A DNA stretch of 64,000 nucleotides, taken from the NCBI GenBank assembly GCA_029862185.1, contig JAOTXX010000001.1:21486-85485 (forward strand), read 5' to 3'. Positions 22,604-31,146 of this stretch are shown here, piece by piece. Made by a program: the position numbers and the translations under genes. The notes beneath the pieces were generated by a model. It was not told the origin of the DNA. It was given only the letters and a program-made list of their open reading frames with translations, and made no database searches. The stretch comes from Myxococcales bacterium. Its GTDB lineage: Bacteria; Myxococcota_A; Polyangia; Polyangiales; Houyiibacteriaceae. Positions within the stretch are counted from its first letter, which is position 1. Every line of letters begins with the position of its first letter.

Positions 22604-23775
22604 CTGGGGTTCGGACCGGCCTTGACCGCATCGCCGACGGTGACTCGGACGCGCTTCGCCTGATCGCCGGCCGCAACGTAGGTCTTCTGGCGCACGCGGC
22701 AAGCGTCGACCGAAAGCTTCGTTCCGCGTCTTGGGTCCTCCACCGGGCGGGCGCACGCGTTTCGGCGCTCTTCGGTCCTGAGCACGGGTTTGCGGGTGCA
22801 GCACAGGACATGGTCGGCGTTGGGAGCCGCGAAGAGGCGGACATGCCCGTCCATTCGTTGTACGGGGACGACGCCGAAGACTTGAGTCCGAACCCCGATT
22901 GGCTGAGGGGCTTGGATGCGATCGTCATCGATCTGCAAGACGTGGGGTCTCGCTACTACACCTACGTATGGACCGCTGCGCTCACCATGAAGGTCGCCGC
23001 CACCGTTGGCATCGAGGTCGTACTCCTCGATCGGCCCAACCCCCTCGGAGGCGTCCGCGTCGAAGGCGCCGCGCAGCGCGAAGGCTACCTCTCGTTCGTG
23101 GGCTTGTACCCGGTTGCGGTTCGGCACGGCCTCACCATCGCTGAGCTCTTGCTCTGGGTTTGCGAACGCGAGCGGATCGACCGGAGCGTGCTGCGCATCG
23201 TGCCCATGGACGGCTGGACGCGTGCGATGGAGTGGAAGGATACGGGTCTTCCTTGGGTGATGCCGTCGCCCAACATGCCGACCTTCGACACTGCGCTCGT
23301 CTATCCGGGCGGCTGCGTGGTCGAGGGGACGACGCTCTCGGAAGGGCGGGGCACGACGAGGCCGTTCGAGCTCTGGGGTGCGCCGAGCTTGGATGTCGGC
23401 CCGCTCTTGGATCTCGATCTACACGGCGCAACGCTGAGGCCCGTCGAGTTCACCCCCACGTTTCAGAAACACGCCGGACGGACCTGTACCGGGGTTCAGG
23501 TGCACGTCACCGACTCCTGGGTGTTTCGACCGTACGAGGCCTACCTGCGTATGCTTGCGGCCGCGCTCCCTCAGCGAGCTGCCGGGGGCCGTTGGCGAAC
23601 GGAAGCGTATGAATTCGTGTCGGACCGACCTGCGATCGATCTCCTCACGGGCGGTCCCGAGTTTCGCAGTGCGGTCGATCGAGGCGCATCGCTGGACGAG
23701 GTGTTGGCCGAGGAAGCGCGAGGGGCGGCGAAGTTCGATGATGAGCGGCGCGTCGCCTGGCTCTATGAGAAGTGA
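22600..23775 (+). CDS. DUF1343 family protein (NamZ-like exo-N-acetylmuramidase family)
   Basis: TGLDRIADG...[13 protein letters not shown]...FGPEHGF...[12 protein letters not shown]... is the DUF1343 layout. The TTG start overlaps the pyrB stop. Confidence 0.8.
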   Translation: MTGVRTGLDRIADGDSDALRLIAGRNVGLLAHAASVDRKLRSASWVLHRAGARVSALFGPEHGFAGAAQDMVGVGSREEADMPVHSLYGDDAEDLSPNPDWLRGLDAIVIDLQDVGSRYYTYVWTAALTMKVAATVGIEVVLLDRPNPLGGVRVEGAAQREGYLSFVGLYPVAVRHGLTIAELLLWVCERERIDRSVLRIVPMDGWTRAMEWKDTGLPWVMPSPNMPTFDTALVYPGGCVVEGTTLSEGRGTTRPFELWGAPSLDVGPLLDLDLHGATLRPVEFTPTFQKHAGRTCTGVQVHVTDSWVFRPYEAYLRMLAAALPQRAAGGRWRTEAYEFVSDRPAIDLLTGGPEFRSAVDRGASLDEVLAEEARGAAKFDDERRVAWLYEK

Positions 23776-24713
23776 CGAAAGCCACTTCGGCCGATTTCGA
23801 TTGTGCTGCCAGACGCGTCGACAACTCTGGCCCCCGAGCCTTCGACAATTTCCCCGATCTCGGTACCCAGCGCTGCAGCCTCGGAGGAGGCCCGCGCGGT
23901 GAACAGCAGCTCGTAGTCTTCGCCGCCGCTCAGGGCCAGCACATTCGGGTCGACCGAAAGCGCGTCGCACGCCGCCCGGTAGCCAGGCGCAGTGGGGATG
24001 GCCTCTGCATGGACGACCGCGCCAACCCCCGACGCGGCGGCGAGGTGTTCCAGGTCTTGAAGACATCCATCGGAGACGTCGACCGCCGCGGTCGCAATGC
24101 GCGCGAGCACCGTCGCTGCTGAACCATTGAGCGGCGGCCGTTTCCAACGTTCTGCGAAACGTTCGGCGCCTTCGAGATCGAGCCTTCCGGCCTGCAGGAC
24201 AGCAAGCCCAAGCGCCGCCGAGCCCAGCGTCCCGGTCACGTAGATCGAATCGCCAGGCTGCGCGCCTCGCCGAGTCAGCGATTCGGAGATCGGCAACCCG
24301 AAGACGGTCGTCGTCACGGACAGCGACGGGCCTTGGCTCAAGTTCCCTCCGATGACGCGGGCCCCGGTCGTGCGCGCCGCGCCGGCAAGCCCGTCGATCA
24401 GCTCGCGGAAGTCCTCGTCGGACAAGGCCGCGGGCAGGGTGAGTGCAATGACCGAAGCGGTCGGCATCCCCGCCATCGCCCAAACGTCGCTGACGGCGGC
24501 AACCATGGCGCGGTACCCAAGCTCGCGGCAGGAGAGCAATTCGGTGCGGAAGTGGACGCCTTCAACTTGGGTGTCGACCGTGACAATGGTCGGTCGGCTG
24601 CCAAAGTCGATCACCGCGGCGTCGTCGCCGATGCCGACCAGAACCTTCTCCGATTCGCCGTCGAGCGCAAAACGGGTCTTCAGCCATTCGATCTTGGCGA
24701 ACTCATCACGCAT
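23763..24713 (-). CDS. thiL: Thiamine-monophosphate kinase
   Basis: GIGDDAAVI...DTQVEGVHF...GGNLS...DVSDG is the AIR-synthase-related ThiL pattern. The start overlaps the stop of the histidine kinase gene by 8 nt. Confidence 0.9.
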   Translation of the reverse strand: MRDEFAKIEWLKTRFALDGESEKVLVGIGDDAAVIDFGSRPTIVTVDTQVEGVHFRTELLSCRELGYRAMVAAVSDVWAMAGMPTASVIALTLPAALSDEDFRELIDGLAGAARTTGARVIGGNLSQGPSLSVTTTVFGLPISESLTRRGAQPGDSIYVTGTLGSAALGLAVLQAGRLDLEGAERFAERWKRPPLNGSAATVLARIATAAVDVSDGCLQDLEHLAAASGVGAVVHAEAIPTAPGYRAACDALSVDPNVLALSGGEDYELLFTARASSEAAALGTEIGEIVEGSGARVVDASGSTIEIGRSGFRHFS

Positions 24714-26112
24714 CTTCGTCGGCGGCGGGGAGCGTCACACTGAAGATTGTGCCCTCGCCGAGCGTGCTGGTCACTTCGATCTTGCCCCCGTGGCCGTCGA
24801 CCAGCTGTTTGACGATCGAAAGCCCCAGGCCCGCGCCGCCGTGAACGCGCGTGGTCCCGGCGTCGACCTGATAAAACGCGTCGAAAATCTTGGAAAGGTT
24901 GTGTTCCGCGATGCCCATGCCGCCGTCTTGCACGGTCAACAGCACCGCGGGCCGGCTTGCCGTGAAAAGCGCAGCGCCCAGGCCCGACGCGCCTGCGGCG
25001 TCGATTTCGCCCTGCTCGGCTCGGATGGTCACCATTCCGCCCTCGTCGCTGAACTTGACTGCGTTGTCGGCGAGATTGAGCAGAATCTGACTCAGGCGAA
25101 CCGGGTCTCCCCACAGCTTCGGTGTCTCGTCGCCGATTTGGATGTCGAGCGAAACGTTTCGCCGATTGGCGGTCGGGACAATCGTCGCAGCCAGGTCGGA
25201 CAAGAGGGCGTGCGGGTCGATCGGCTCGTGCTTGAGGTCCAAGCTCTTGGCCTCGAGCCGGCCGAGGTCGAGCAGGCTGCTGATCAAGCCGAGCAACTGA
25301 TCGGCCTTGTTTCGAATCGTCCCCAGGAACTCTGCCTGGCCATTACTGAGTGCGCCTGCAGCGCCGCTTTCGAGCATTTCGGTGTAGCCGATGATCGACG
25401 TGAGCGGGCTCCGAAGCTCGTGACTCACGGTCGCCAAGAACGTGCTCTTGAGTTGATCGAGCTTCTTCAGCTCTTCGAACGAGGACTTGAGCGCCTCGTT
25501 CTTTTCAGCAAGCTCGCGATAATTCTCCCGGACGCTGGCAACCTGCATCGTCGATGCGAGCTGCGCGCGGTGGCCCGAAAACAGCAGCAGCTCGAGCACG
25601 CCCTTTAGGTGGGCCGAGATCTCCTCGGCGACGTGCTCGCGTACGCGCGGCATCGTATCGAAGTGCGCGCACGCGGTGGCCGCATCGATTGACTCGTCGA
25701 TCGACAGGAGTGATTCGGGTGGTTGCGTAGTCTCCGCTGGCACGTACGGTCCAACTATGAATCGTCCGATTGGACGGCCCTGGTATTCGAGGGGCACGAT
25801 TCGGTACACCGCGCCCGTGAAACAGGGATGCACGATGGTTTGCACATCGTGCTCCAAGTCTCGTACGACGCCTACGGTCCTGGCGCATTCGCGTTCGCCG
25901 TTGCCGAGCGTATTGAGGTAGTTGCACAGGGGTTGGTCGCGATGGACGTCGGCGAGGAGGTCTCCCTCGTGAGAGATGACGCGCACCGGAAGCCCGAAGA
26001 GGCCAAAGAACGACTTGCACACGGATGTCACCGAATCACGGCTCAGCACGTCTTCGAGGCGAACCACGTCCCCCATCATGATGTCGGCAGCGTTTGTCTG
26101 GTCCAGCGTCAT
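24706..26112 (-). CDS. Cytoplasmic sensor histidine kinase with an N-terminal PocR-like sensory domain
   Basis: There is no TM segment. The N-terminal ~170 aa look PocR-like, with conserved Cys (CNYL...ECART...HPCF). An H-box follows (FLATVSHELRSPLTSIIGY), then the HATPase N/G boxes (LLNLADNAVKF, DGGMGI, GGAGLGLSIV). No response regulator is adjacent. Confidence 0.85.
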   Translation of the reverse strand: MTLDQTNAADIMMGDVVRLEDVLSRDSVTSVCKSFFGLFGLPVRVISHEGDLLADVHRDQPLCNYLNTLGNGERECARTVGVVRDLEHDVQTIVHPCFTGAVYRIVPLEYQGRPIGRFIVGPYVPAETTQPPESLLSIDESIDAATACAHFDTMPRVREHVAEEISAHLKGVLELLLFSGHRAQLASTMQVASVRENYRELAEKNEALKSSFEELKKLDQLKSTFLATVSHELRSPLTSIIGYTEMLESGAAGALSNGQAEFLGTIRNKADQLLGLISSLLDLGRLEAKSLDLKHEPIDPHALLSDLAATIVPTANRRNVSLDIQIGDETPKLWGDPVRLSQILLNLADNAVKFSDEGGMVTIRAEQGEIDAAGASGLGAALFTASRPAVLLTVQDGGMGIAEHNLSKIFDAFYQVDAGTTRVHGGAGLGLSIVKQLVDGHGGKIEVTSTLGEGTIFSVTLPAADEDA

Positions 26113-26807
26113 CGCCCCCGTGGCCCCGGATCGTGTTTCAGTTTTGCTTCCACCTCGGTCATGAAGTGGATCGGGCTGATCCCGAACTTCTCTTCGAGCT
26201 CGTGATCTTCCTCGAGCTTCGTCCAGGTGTCTCGAATCAACCCGCGGAGGGTTTGCATCACGCCGTAGCCGCGGGTCGCGACTGCCTTGTAGATTGGCTC
26301 TCTGCTTCGCTGCGCGATCAGCTCGAGCTCTTCGTCGGTACGAATACTGGCCATATCACGTTTGTTGAACTGAATGATGATTGGGATCCGCTCTGGATCG
26401 ATCGCGTTCTCTTCGAGGTTGCACTTCAGGTTCAGAAATGACTCCCTGTTTGCGTCGGCCTCGCTTCGCTGCGAGTCCGCGATGAAAGCCACGCCGTCGG
26501 TACCCTGCAAGACGAGTCGCCGGGTTGCGTTGTGCATCACTTGTCCCGGAACGGTAAACAGCTTCAGCCGGACCTTGAGCCCGCTTCCGGAGCTCACCGT
26601 GATCGGCAGCATGTCGAAGAACAGCGTTCGGTCGTTTTTCGTTTCGAGCGTCATGAGATCGCCGCAGGCATTCGACGTTCCGAGCCAGTGAATCGCGCGC
26701 AAGTTGCTCGTCTTGCCACTGAGCGCCGGCCCGTAGTACACCAGCTTCACGGTCAGTTCTTTCGCGGCGAAGTCGATTTGCATTTCGAACCGCGGGTCGC
26801 CCGCCAC
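26109..26807 (-). CDS. MglA-family small GTPase paralog with a C-terminal extension
   Basis: KLVYYGPALSGKTSNL (P-loop), NDRTLFFDMLP, FTVPGQV and QFNKRDM align with M. xanthus MglA (IVYYGPGLCGKTTNL, TDRTLFFDFLP, TVPGQ, NKRD). There are ~40 extra C-terminal residues. The stop overlaps the kinase start (ATGA). Confidence 0.85.
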   Translation of the reverse strand: MAGDPRFEMQIDFAAKELTVKLVYYGPALSGKTSNLRAIHWLGTSNACGDLMTLETKNDRTLFFDMLPITVSSGSGLKVRLKLFTVPGQVMHNATRRLVLQGTDGVAFIADSQRSEADANRESFLNLKCNLEENAIDPERIPIIIQFNKRDMASIRTDEELELIAQRSREPIYKAVATRGYGVMQTLRGLIRDTWTKLEEDHELEEKFGISPIHFMTEVEAKLKHDPGPRGR

Positions 26808-26811
26808 GGAT

Positions 26812-27156
26812 CTACGTCCGCAACAAGAGCCAAATCCCCGCCCCCATCAACATCAACATGATAAAGAACGCGACCCATGTCAGCGTCCTTTTGTGCTCAT
26901 GCCCAGCGGGGATGACCCGGGTATCCTGCAATTGCTGGGACGCCAGTGCGATCAAGCCGTCGATTTGCTTTGCGGCGTCTTCGCGGCGGGCAGGATCCGT
27001 GTCGCGGACTGCGCGATAGCGTTTTCCCGCGTCCGGGAGCCGATCCAAGGCTACGCAAACGCCCACGAAGCGGCGATGCGCGTCGTGATTCCCCCAATCG
27101 GCCTCGACCCGTTCCCACGCTTCGTCGATTGGATCCACGAGAGCGAAGAATAGCAC
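26812..27156 (-). CDS. Hypothetical C-terminally membrane-anchored protein
   Basis: 114 aa with a soluble helical N-terminal part and a single C-terminal TM helix (LTWVAFFIMLMLMGAGIWLLL). It ends 4 nt before the GTPase start. The GTG start is uncertain. Confidence 0.45.
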   Translation of the reverse strand: MLFFALVDPIDEAWERVEADWGNHDAHRRFVGVCVALDRLPDAGKRYRAVRDTDPARREDAAKQIDGLIALASQQLQDTRVIPAGHEHKRTLTWVAFFIMLMLMGAGIWLLLRT

Positions 27157-27360
27157 GACGCTGTCTGGACAATATAGACATTTATACGTTGGAATAATGC
27201 CAATTTTGTCCCGACGCCTTGGCTCAGGAACACCGCGTTGGGCGACGCACGTTCTGCAGAATAGGGGCGGGCGTTCCCACCATCGCTCCGGCCTCGAATT
27301 TCAGACCTACATCGGCCCAAAAAACCGTTTTAATTCTGCCACTTGGGCCGCCGAAAGAAG

Positions 27361-27390
27361 TTGACAGCAGAGCGGCCTGGGCCTTAGTTT
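27361..27390 (+). promoter_or_regulatory. Candidate sigma70-type promoter of the dcw cluster
   Basis: TTGACA lies at 27361-27366, with TAGTTT 18 nt downstream (27385-27390). It sits in a 300-bp lower-GC intergenic region, ~70 nt upstream of mraZ. Confidence 0.35.
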
Positions 27391-27398
27391 CCGGCCTT

Positions 27399-27428
27399 AG
27401 TGGGAAGCAGTGGGATCAAGTGCCAAAT
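27399..27428 (+). promoter_or_regulatory. MraZ-box-like direct repeats (aGTGGG / aGTGGG / aGTGCC) with 10-bp periodicity
   Basis: The sequence reads agtgggaagc agtgggatca agtgccaaat. GTGGG occurs at 27400 and 27410, and GTGCC at 27420, just downstream of the candidate -10 and upstream of mraZ. Confidence 0.5.
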
Positions 27429-27456
27429 GGCCGGTAACTAGGACGAGAGGGTTAGG

Positions 27457-27909
27457 TTGTTCCGAGGACGCTACGAGCACGCGATCGATGCCAAGGGCCG
27501 TACCTCCGTGCCGTCTCGGTTCCGGGAGGTGATGACCGCCCACGGTGACTCCCAGCTGGTTCTCACGACGGGTTTGGACAGCTGCCTCGTGGCCTACCCG
27601 ATGGCGGAGTGGCTTGCGTTCGAGAAGCGGCTCTCCGAGCTTCCGCAGTTCGACGCGGACGTGGTCACCCTCAAACGGATCTACGTCTCGGGCGCGGTCG
27701 AGTGCGAGATCGACAAGGTCGGACGACTTCTCATCCCTGCGGCGCTCCGCAAGCACGCAGGGCTTCAGCGTGACGCGCTCTGGGCCGGGATGGGCAGCTA
27801 TATCGAGCTCTGGGCCAAAGAGAGCTTCGAAGACCTTCGCAAGGAGGTGCTCAGCGATCAGGACCGCCGTTTGGAGATCGCCAGAAGGTTGGCGGAGCTC
27901 GGCCTGTGA
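27457..27909 (+). CDS. mraZ: Transcriptional regulator MraZ
   Basis: MFRGRYEHAIDAKGRTSVPSRFRE plus a second SpoVT-AbrB repeat (DKVGRLLIPAALR). Start is TTG. Confidence 0.93.
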   Translation: MFRGRYEHAIDAKGRTSVPSRFREVMTAHGDSQLVLTTGLDSCLVAYPMAEWLAFEKRLSELPQFDADVVTLKRIYVSGAVECEIDKVGRLLIPAALRKHAGLQRDALWAGMGSYIELWAKESFEDLRKEVLSDQDRRLEIARRLAELGL

Positions 27910-28796
27910 GCGCGTTCGAGCACACTCCCGTTCTGCTCGACGAGGTGCTCGAGCAGCTCGATCCGACGCCAGGCGGTGTCTACGCCGACGTGACGCTTGG
28001 CGGTGGAGGGCACGCGAAAGCGATCTTGGAGCGCAGCTCTCCCGATGGGCGCCTGATTGGAACCGACCGCGACCCGAGCGCGCTCGAAGCGGCCGGCGCA
28101 GCGCTTTCCGGCTTTGGGGATCGCGCGATTCTGCGCAAAGCGCGAATCGGCGAGCTTGCCGACGTCTTGGAGTCGCTCGAGATCGAGAAAGTCGATGGCG
28201 TCCTCGCCGACCTTGGCGTCAGCTCCGTTCAGCTCGATCGTGCCGAACGTGGATTTTCCATAGCCAAGAACGGCCCGATCGACATGCGCATGGACCCGAC
28301 CGAAGGCGAAACCGCGTTGGAGCTGATCGGTCGCAGCGATGCCGACGAGCTTGCCAACGTGATTTACCGCTATGGAGAGGAGCACCGCTCGCGCAAGATC
28401 GCGCGCTCGCTTCGGCGGGCGTACGAAGACGGGGAGCTCGAGACCACCGGCGATCTACGACACGCGGTGCACAGAGCAACCGGGCGCCGTCGTGGGCGCA
28501 TCGATCCGGCGACGAAGACGTTTCAGGCGCTCCGCATCGCCGTCAATGACGAGCTCGGGGAGCTCGAGGCCTTACTCGACCAAGCTCCGCAGCTCTTGCG
28601 AATGGGTGGCGTGGTTGCGGTGATCAGTTTCCACTCGCTCGAAGACCGAATGGTAAAACACACATTCCGGGACAGCGAGCAACTGTCGCCGCTGACCAAG
28701 CGCCCAATCATCGCTTCCGATCGAGAACGGGAACACAATCCGAGATCGCGCAGCGCAAAGCTTCGCGCGGCCCGGCGTGTCGAGGTCGGAGCATGA
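27906..28796 (+). CDS. rsmH: 16S rRNA (cytosine1402-N4)-methyltransferase
   Basis: HTPVLLDEV...DVTLGGGGHA...DLGVSSVQLD...FHSLEDR is the canonical RsmH/MraW sequence. Confidence 0.95.
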   Translation: MSAFEHTPVLLDEVLEQLDPTPGGVYADVTLGGGGHAKAILERSSPDGRLIGTDRDPSALEAAGAALSGFGDRAILRKARIGELADVLESLEIEKVDGVLADLGVSSVQLDRAERGFSIAKNGPIDMRMDPTEGETALELIGRSDADELANVIYRYGEEHRSRKIARSLRRAYEDGELETTGDLRHAVHRATGRRRGRIDPATKTFQALRIAVNDELGELEALLDQAPQLLRMGGVVAVISFHSLEDRMVKHTFRDSEQLSPLTKRPIIASDREREHNPRSRSAKLRAARRVEVGA

Positions 28797-29098
28797 AAGG
28801 TCGCTTTCTGCCGCTGTGGTGCGTCGCCGTCTTTGCGACGGCGGCTGCGTTCGTGGTGCATTTGTCGATCCGGTTCGAAACAGTTCGGCTCGGCTACGAG
28901 GTGAGCGAAGAGCGTGGCCGCCAGGCTGACCTCCTTCAAGACCGCCGTCTGCTTTCGATCGAAGCCGCCACGCTTCGGCAAAGCGGACGCATCGAGACCA
29001 TTGCGCGCGGAACGCTAGGCATGGAGGTTCCTAAACCCACTCGCATCGTGACGATGAAAGAGAACCGGAAGCGCACGTCAGCGGGGAGGGTGCGGTGA
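28793..29098 (+). CDS. ftsL: Cell division protein FtsL-like
   Basis: 101 aa with a single TM helix followed by a coiled-coil-like segment. It sits in the conserved position between rsmH and ftsI, with 4-nt overlaps on both sides. Confidence 0.6.
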   Translation: MKGRFLPLWCVAVFATAAAFVVHLSIRFETVRLGYEVSEERGRQADLLQDRRLLSIEAATLRQSGRIETIARGTLGMEVPKPTRIVTMKENRKRTSAGRVR

Positions 29099-31146
29099 AG
29101 AACCGGCATCAGCGATGGTTTCGAGCACGGATCGCCTTGCTTGGCGTCTGCGTTGCCGTCGTCGCGGTGCTGGTTCTCGTTCGCGCGTTTCATCTGCAGA
29201 TCGCGAGCGGCGACCGCTTGCGCGAGATGGCAGAAGGGCAGCACCTTCGTGAGCTTCGTGTGTCTCCGCGGCGGGGCGCGATCTACGACCGTCACGGCGC
29301 GGAGCTTGCGGTGAGCGCCGACGTCGACAGCGTGTACGCCAACCCCCGTCGCCTCAAAGCCATGAAGCAAGATCCTCGAACCGTTGCCAGGCGAATCTCC
29401 AAGATTCTCGATCTCGACCCAGAGCTGCTGGTGAAGCGACTGTCGGCGGACCGCTATTTCGTCTGGATCGAACGCCGAGTCACGCCCAACGAAGCGACTC
29501 AGATCCGCGCGCTCGACATTCCCGGCCTCGAGCTGACGACAGAAGCGCGCCGCTACTACCCAAACCGTCATCTTGCCGCTCATCTGCTCGGCTTTGCCGA
29601 CATCGACGGACGAGGCATCGAAGGAGTCGAGCTCGCGTACGAGGATCGGCTGCGCGGCTCGGATCGACGGGTCGAGGCGATTCGCGACCGGAGGGGCCAC
29701 GTCGTCTTTGCCGACGACATGGAAGACGACCGATCGATGCAAGGGCAAAGTGTTGTCCTCACGATCGACAAGGCGATCCAGCACATCGCGGAGCGGGAGC
29801 TTGCGCTAGGCGTGCGCACGTTCGAGGCACGAGGTGGGAGCGTCGTCGTCATGGCCCCGTCCAGCGGAGAGATCCTCGCGATTGCAAACTATCCTCCCTT
29901 CAACCCAAACGAGCCGTCGAAACATCCGACCGCGCATAGACGAAACCGCGCCGTCGTCGACCGCTTCGAGCCGGGCTCCACGATCAAACCATTCACCATG
30001 GCCGCGGCACTTGCCTCCGGTGCGGTCAAATCCAACCAATCGGTCAACTGCGAGAACGGGGTGACGCGGATCGCAGGGCGTGTCCTTCACGACGCTCATC
30101 CCTACGAGTGGCTGACTCCCACGCAGATCCTCGCGTACTCGAGCAACATTGGCATTGCGAAGATCGCGCTCGACCTCGGCAAGAAGAAACTGTACCGCGG
30201 GCTTCGACGCTTTGGCTTTGGTGAGCCCACGGGTCTTGGCGTCCCGGGCGAAACGGCCGGCATCCTTCGCCACTACCGGCGTTGGTACGAGGTCGATGCG
30301 GCCACCGTTTCATTCGGGCAGGGCATGAGCGCCACGAATGTCCAACTCGCCGCCGCGATGAGCGCGATTGCAAACGGAGGGCGCTTGATGCAACCGATGC
30401 TCGTGCGCCGGCTGTCGGACGGGCATGGCGTCACGATCGAAGAGAACACCCCCCGCGTCCGGCGCCAAGTGGTCCCCAGGCGAGTAGCCAAGCTCGTGGG
30501 TCAGATGCTGACCGCGGTGACCGAGCCTGGGGGAACCGCGATCGAAGCAGCGGTAGACGGCTATCTCGTCGCCGGCAAGACGGGCACGGCCCAAAAAGCG
30601 GACTACGTTCACGGTGGCTATGCCAAAGACAAATGGTTGGCGTCGTTCATCGGATTCGCCCCCGCCGAACGGCCGGCCGTCGTGATTTCGGTGGTCATCG
30701 ACGAGCCGGCGATCGCGCACTACGGCGGGACCGTGGCCGGGCCTGTGTTCCGACGGATCGCCGAGGTTACCCTGCGGCACATGGGCGTCGCCCCCGAGGG
30801 CAGGCCCGCGGTGCTCGCGCAGAAAAAGAAGCAGATCGTCGTCGCCGAAGTCGAACCTGCGCCCGAGGAAGAAGCGGTGACAAAGGGGCAGAGCGCGGTT
30901 CCTGACGTCCGGTCACTTCCCTTGCGCCAGGCCGTCATCGCTCTGCATGCCGAGTCCCTGGTTGCCGAAGTCACCGGCTCGGGTGTCGTCGTCGACCAGG
31001 ATCCGGCGCCGGGTAAGGCGGTGGCGCACGGTGCTGTCATTCGGATTCAGCTCGAGCGGCGGCGATTCGAGACGGAGGTGGGCGCGCCAGAAGCGCGCAC
31101 GAAAACACTTGCAGCGGCGGTGCCCCGGAGGCTGCATGTCCGCTGA
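29095..31146 (+). CDS. ftsI: Penicillin-binding protein (FtsI/PBP3 class) with a C-terminal PASTA-like domain
   Basis: It has an N-terminal TM helix, a dimerisation domain and the transpeptidase motifs STIKP, SSN and KTGTA. The C-terminal ~65 aa (VPDVRSLPLRQAV...) look PASTA-like. Confidence 0.9.
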   Translation: MKNRHQRWFRARIALLGVCVAVVAVLVLVRAFHLQIASGDRLREMAEGQHLRELRVSPRRGAIYDRHGAELAVSADVDSVYANPRRLKAMKQDPRTVARRISKILDLDPELLVKRLSADRYFVWIERRVTPNEATQIRALDIPGLELTTEARRYYPNRHLAAHLLGFADIDGRGIEGVELAYEDRLRGSDRRVEAIRDRRGHVVFADDMEDDRSMQGQSVVLTIDKAIQHIAERELALGVRTFEARGGSVVVMAPSSGEILAIANYPPFNPNEPSKHPTAHRRNRAVVDRFEPGSTIKPFTMAAALASGAVKSNQSVNCENGVTRIAGRVLHDAHPYEWLTPTQILAYSSNIGIAKIALDLGKKKLYRGLRRFGFGEPTGLGVPGETAGILRHYRRWYEVDAATVSFGQGMSATNVQLAAAMSAIANGGRLMQPMLVRRLSDGHGVTIEENTPRVRRQVVPRRVAKLVGQMLTAVTEPGGTAIEAAVDGYLVAGKTGTAQKADYVHGGYAKDKWLASFIGFAPAERPAVVISVVIDEPAIAHYGGTVAGPVFRRIAEVTLRHMGVAPEGRPAVLAQKKKQIVVAEVEPAPEEEAVTKGQSAVPDVRSLPLRQAVIALHAESLVAEVTGSGVVVDQDPAPGKAVAHGAVIRIQLERRRFETEVGAPEARTKTLAAAVPRRLHVR

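Noticed and set aside
30947-31135. Upstream extensions of track ORFs into the preceding gene: murE from 30947, murG from 37452, mlaF from 16001, pyrR from 20883, sdhA to 52693, sdhB to 50372, purQ to 9954 and thiE to 11349.
   Set aside because: In each case an internal start codon at or near the stop of the upstream gene restores the canonical N-terminus, for example MIKRIMVAGGGTGGH for MurG. The extension overlaps a well-supported gene.
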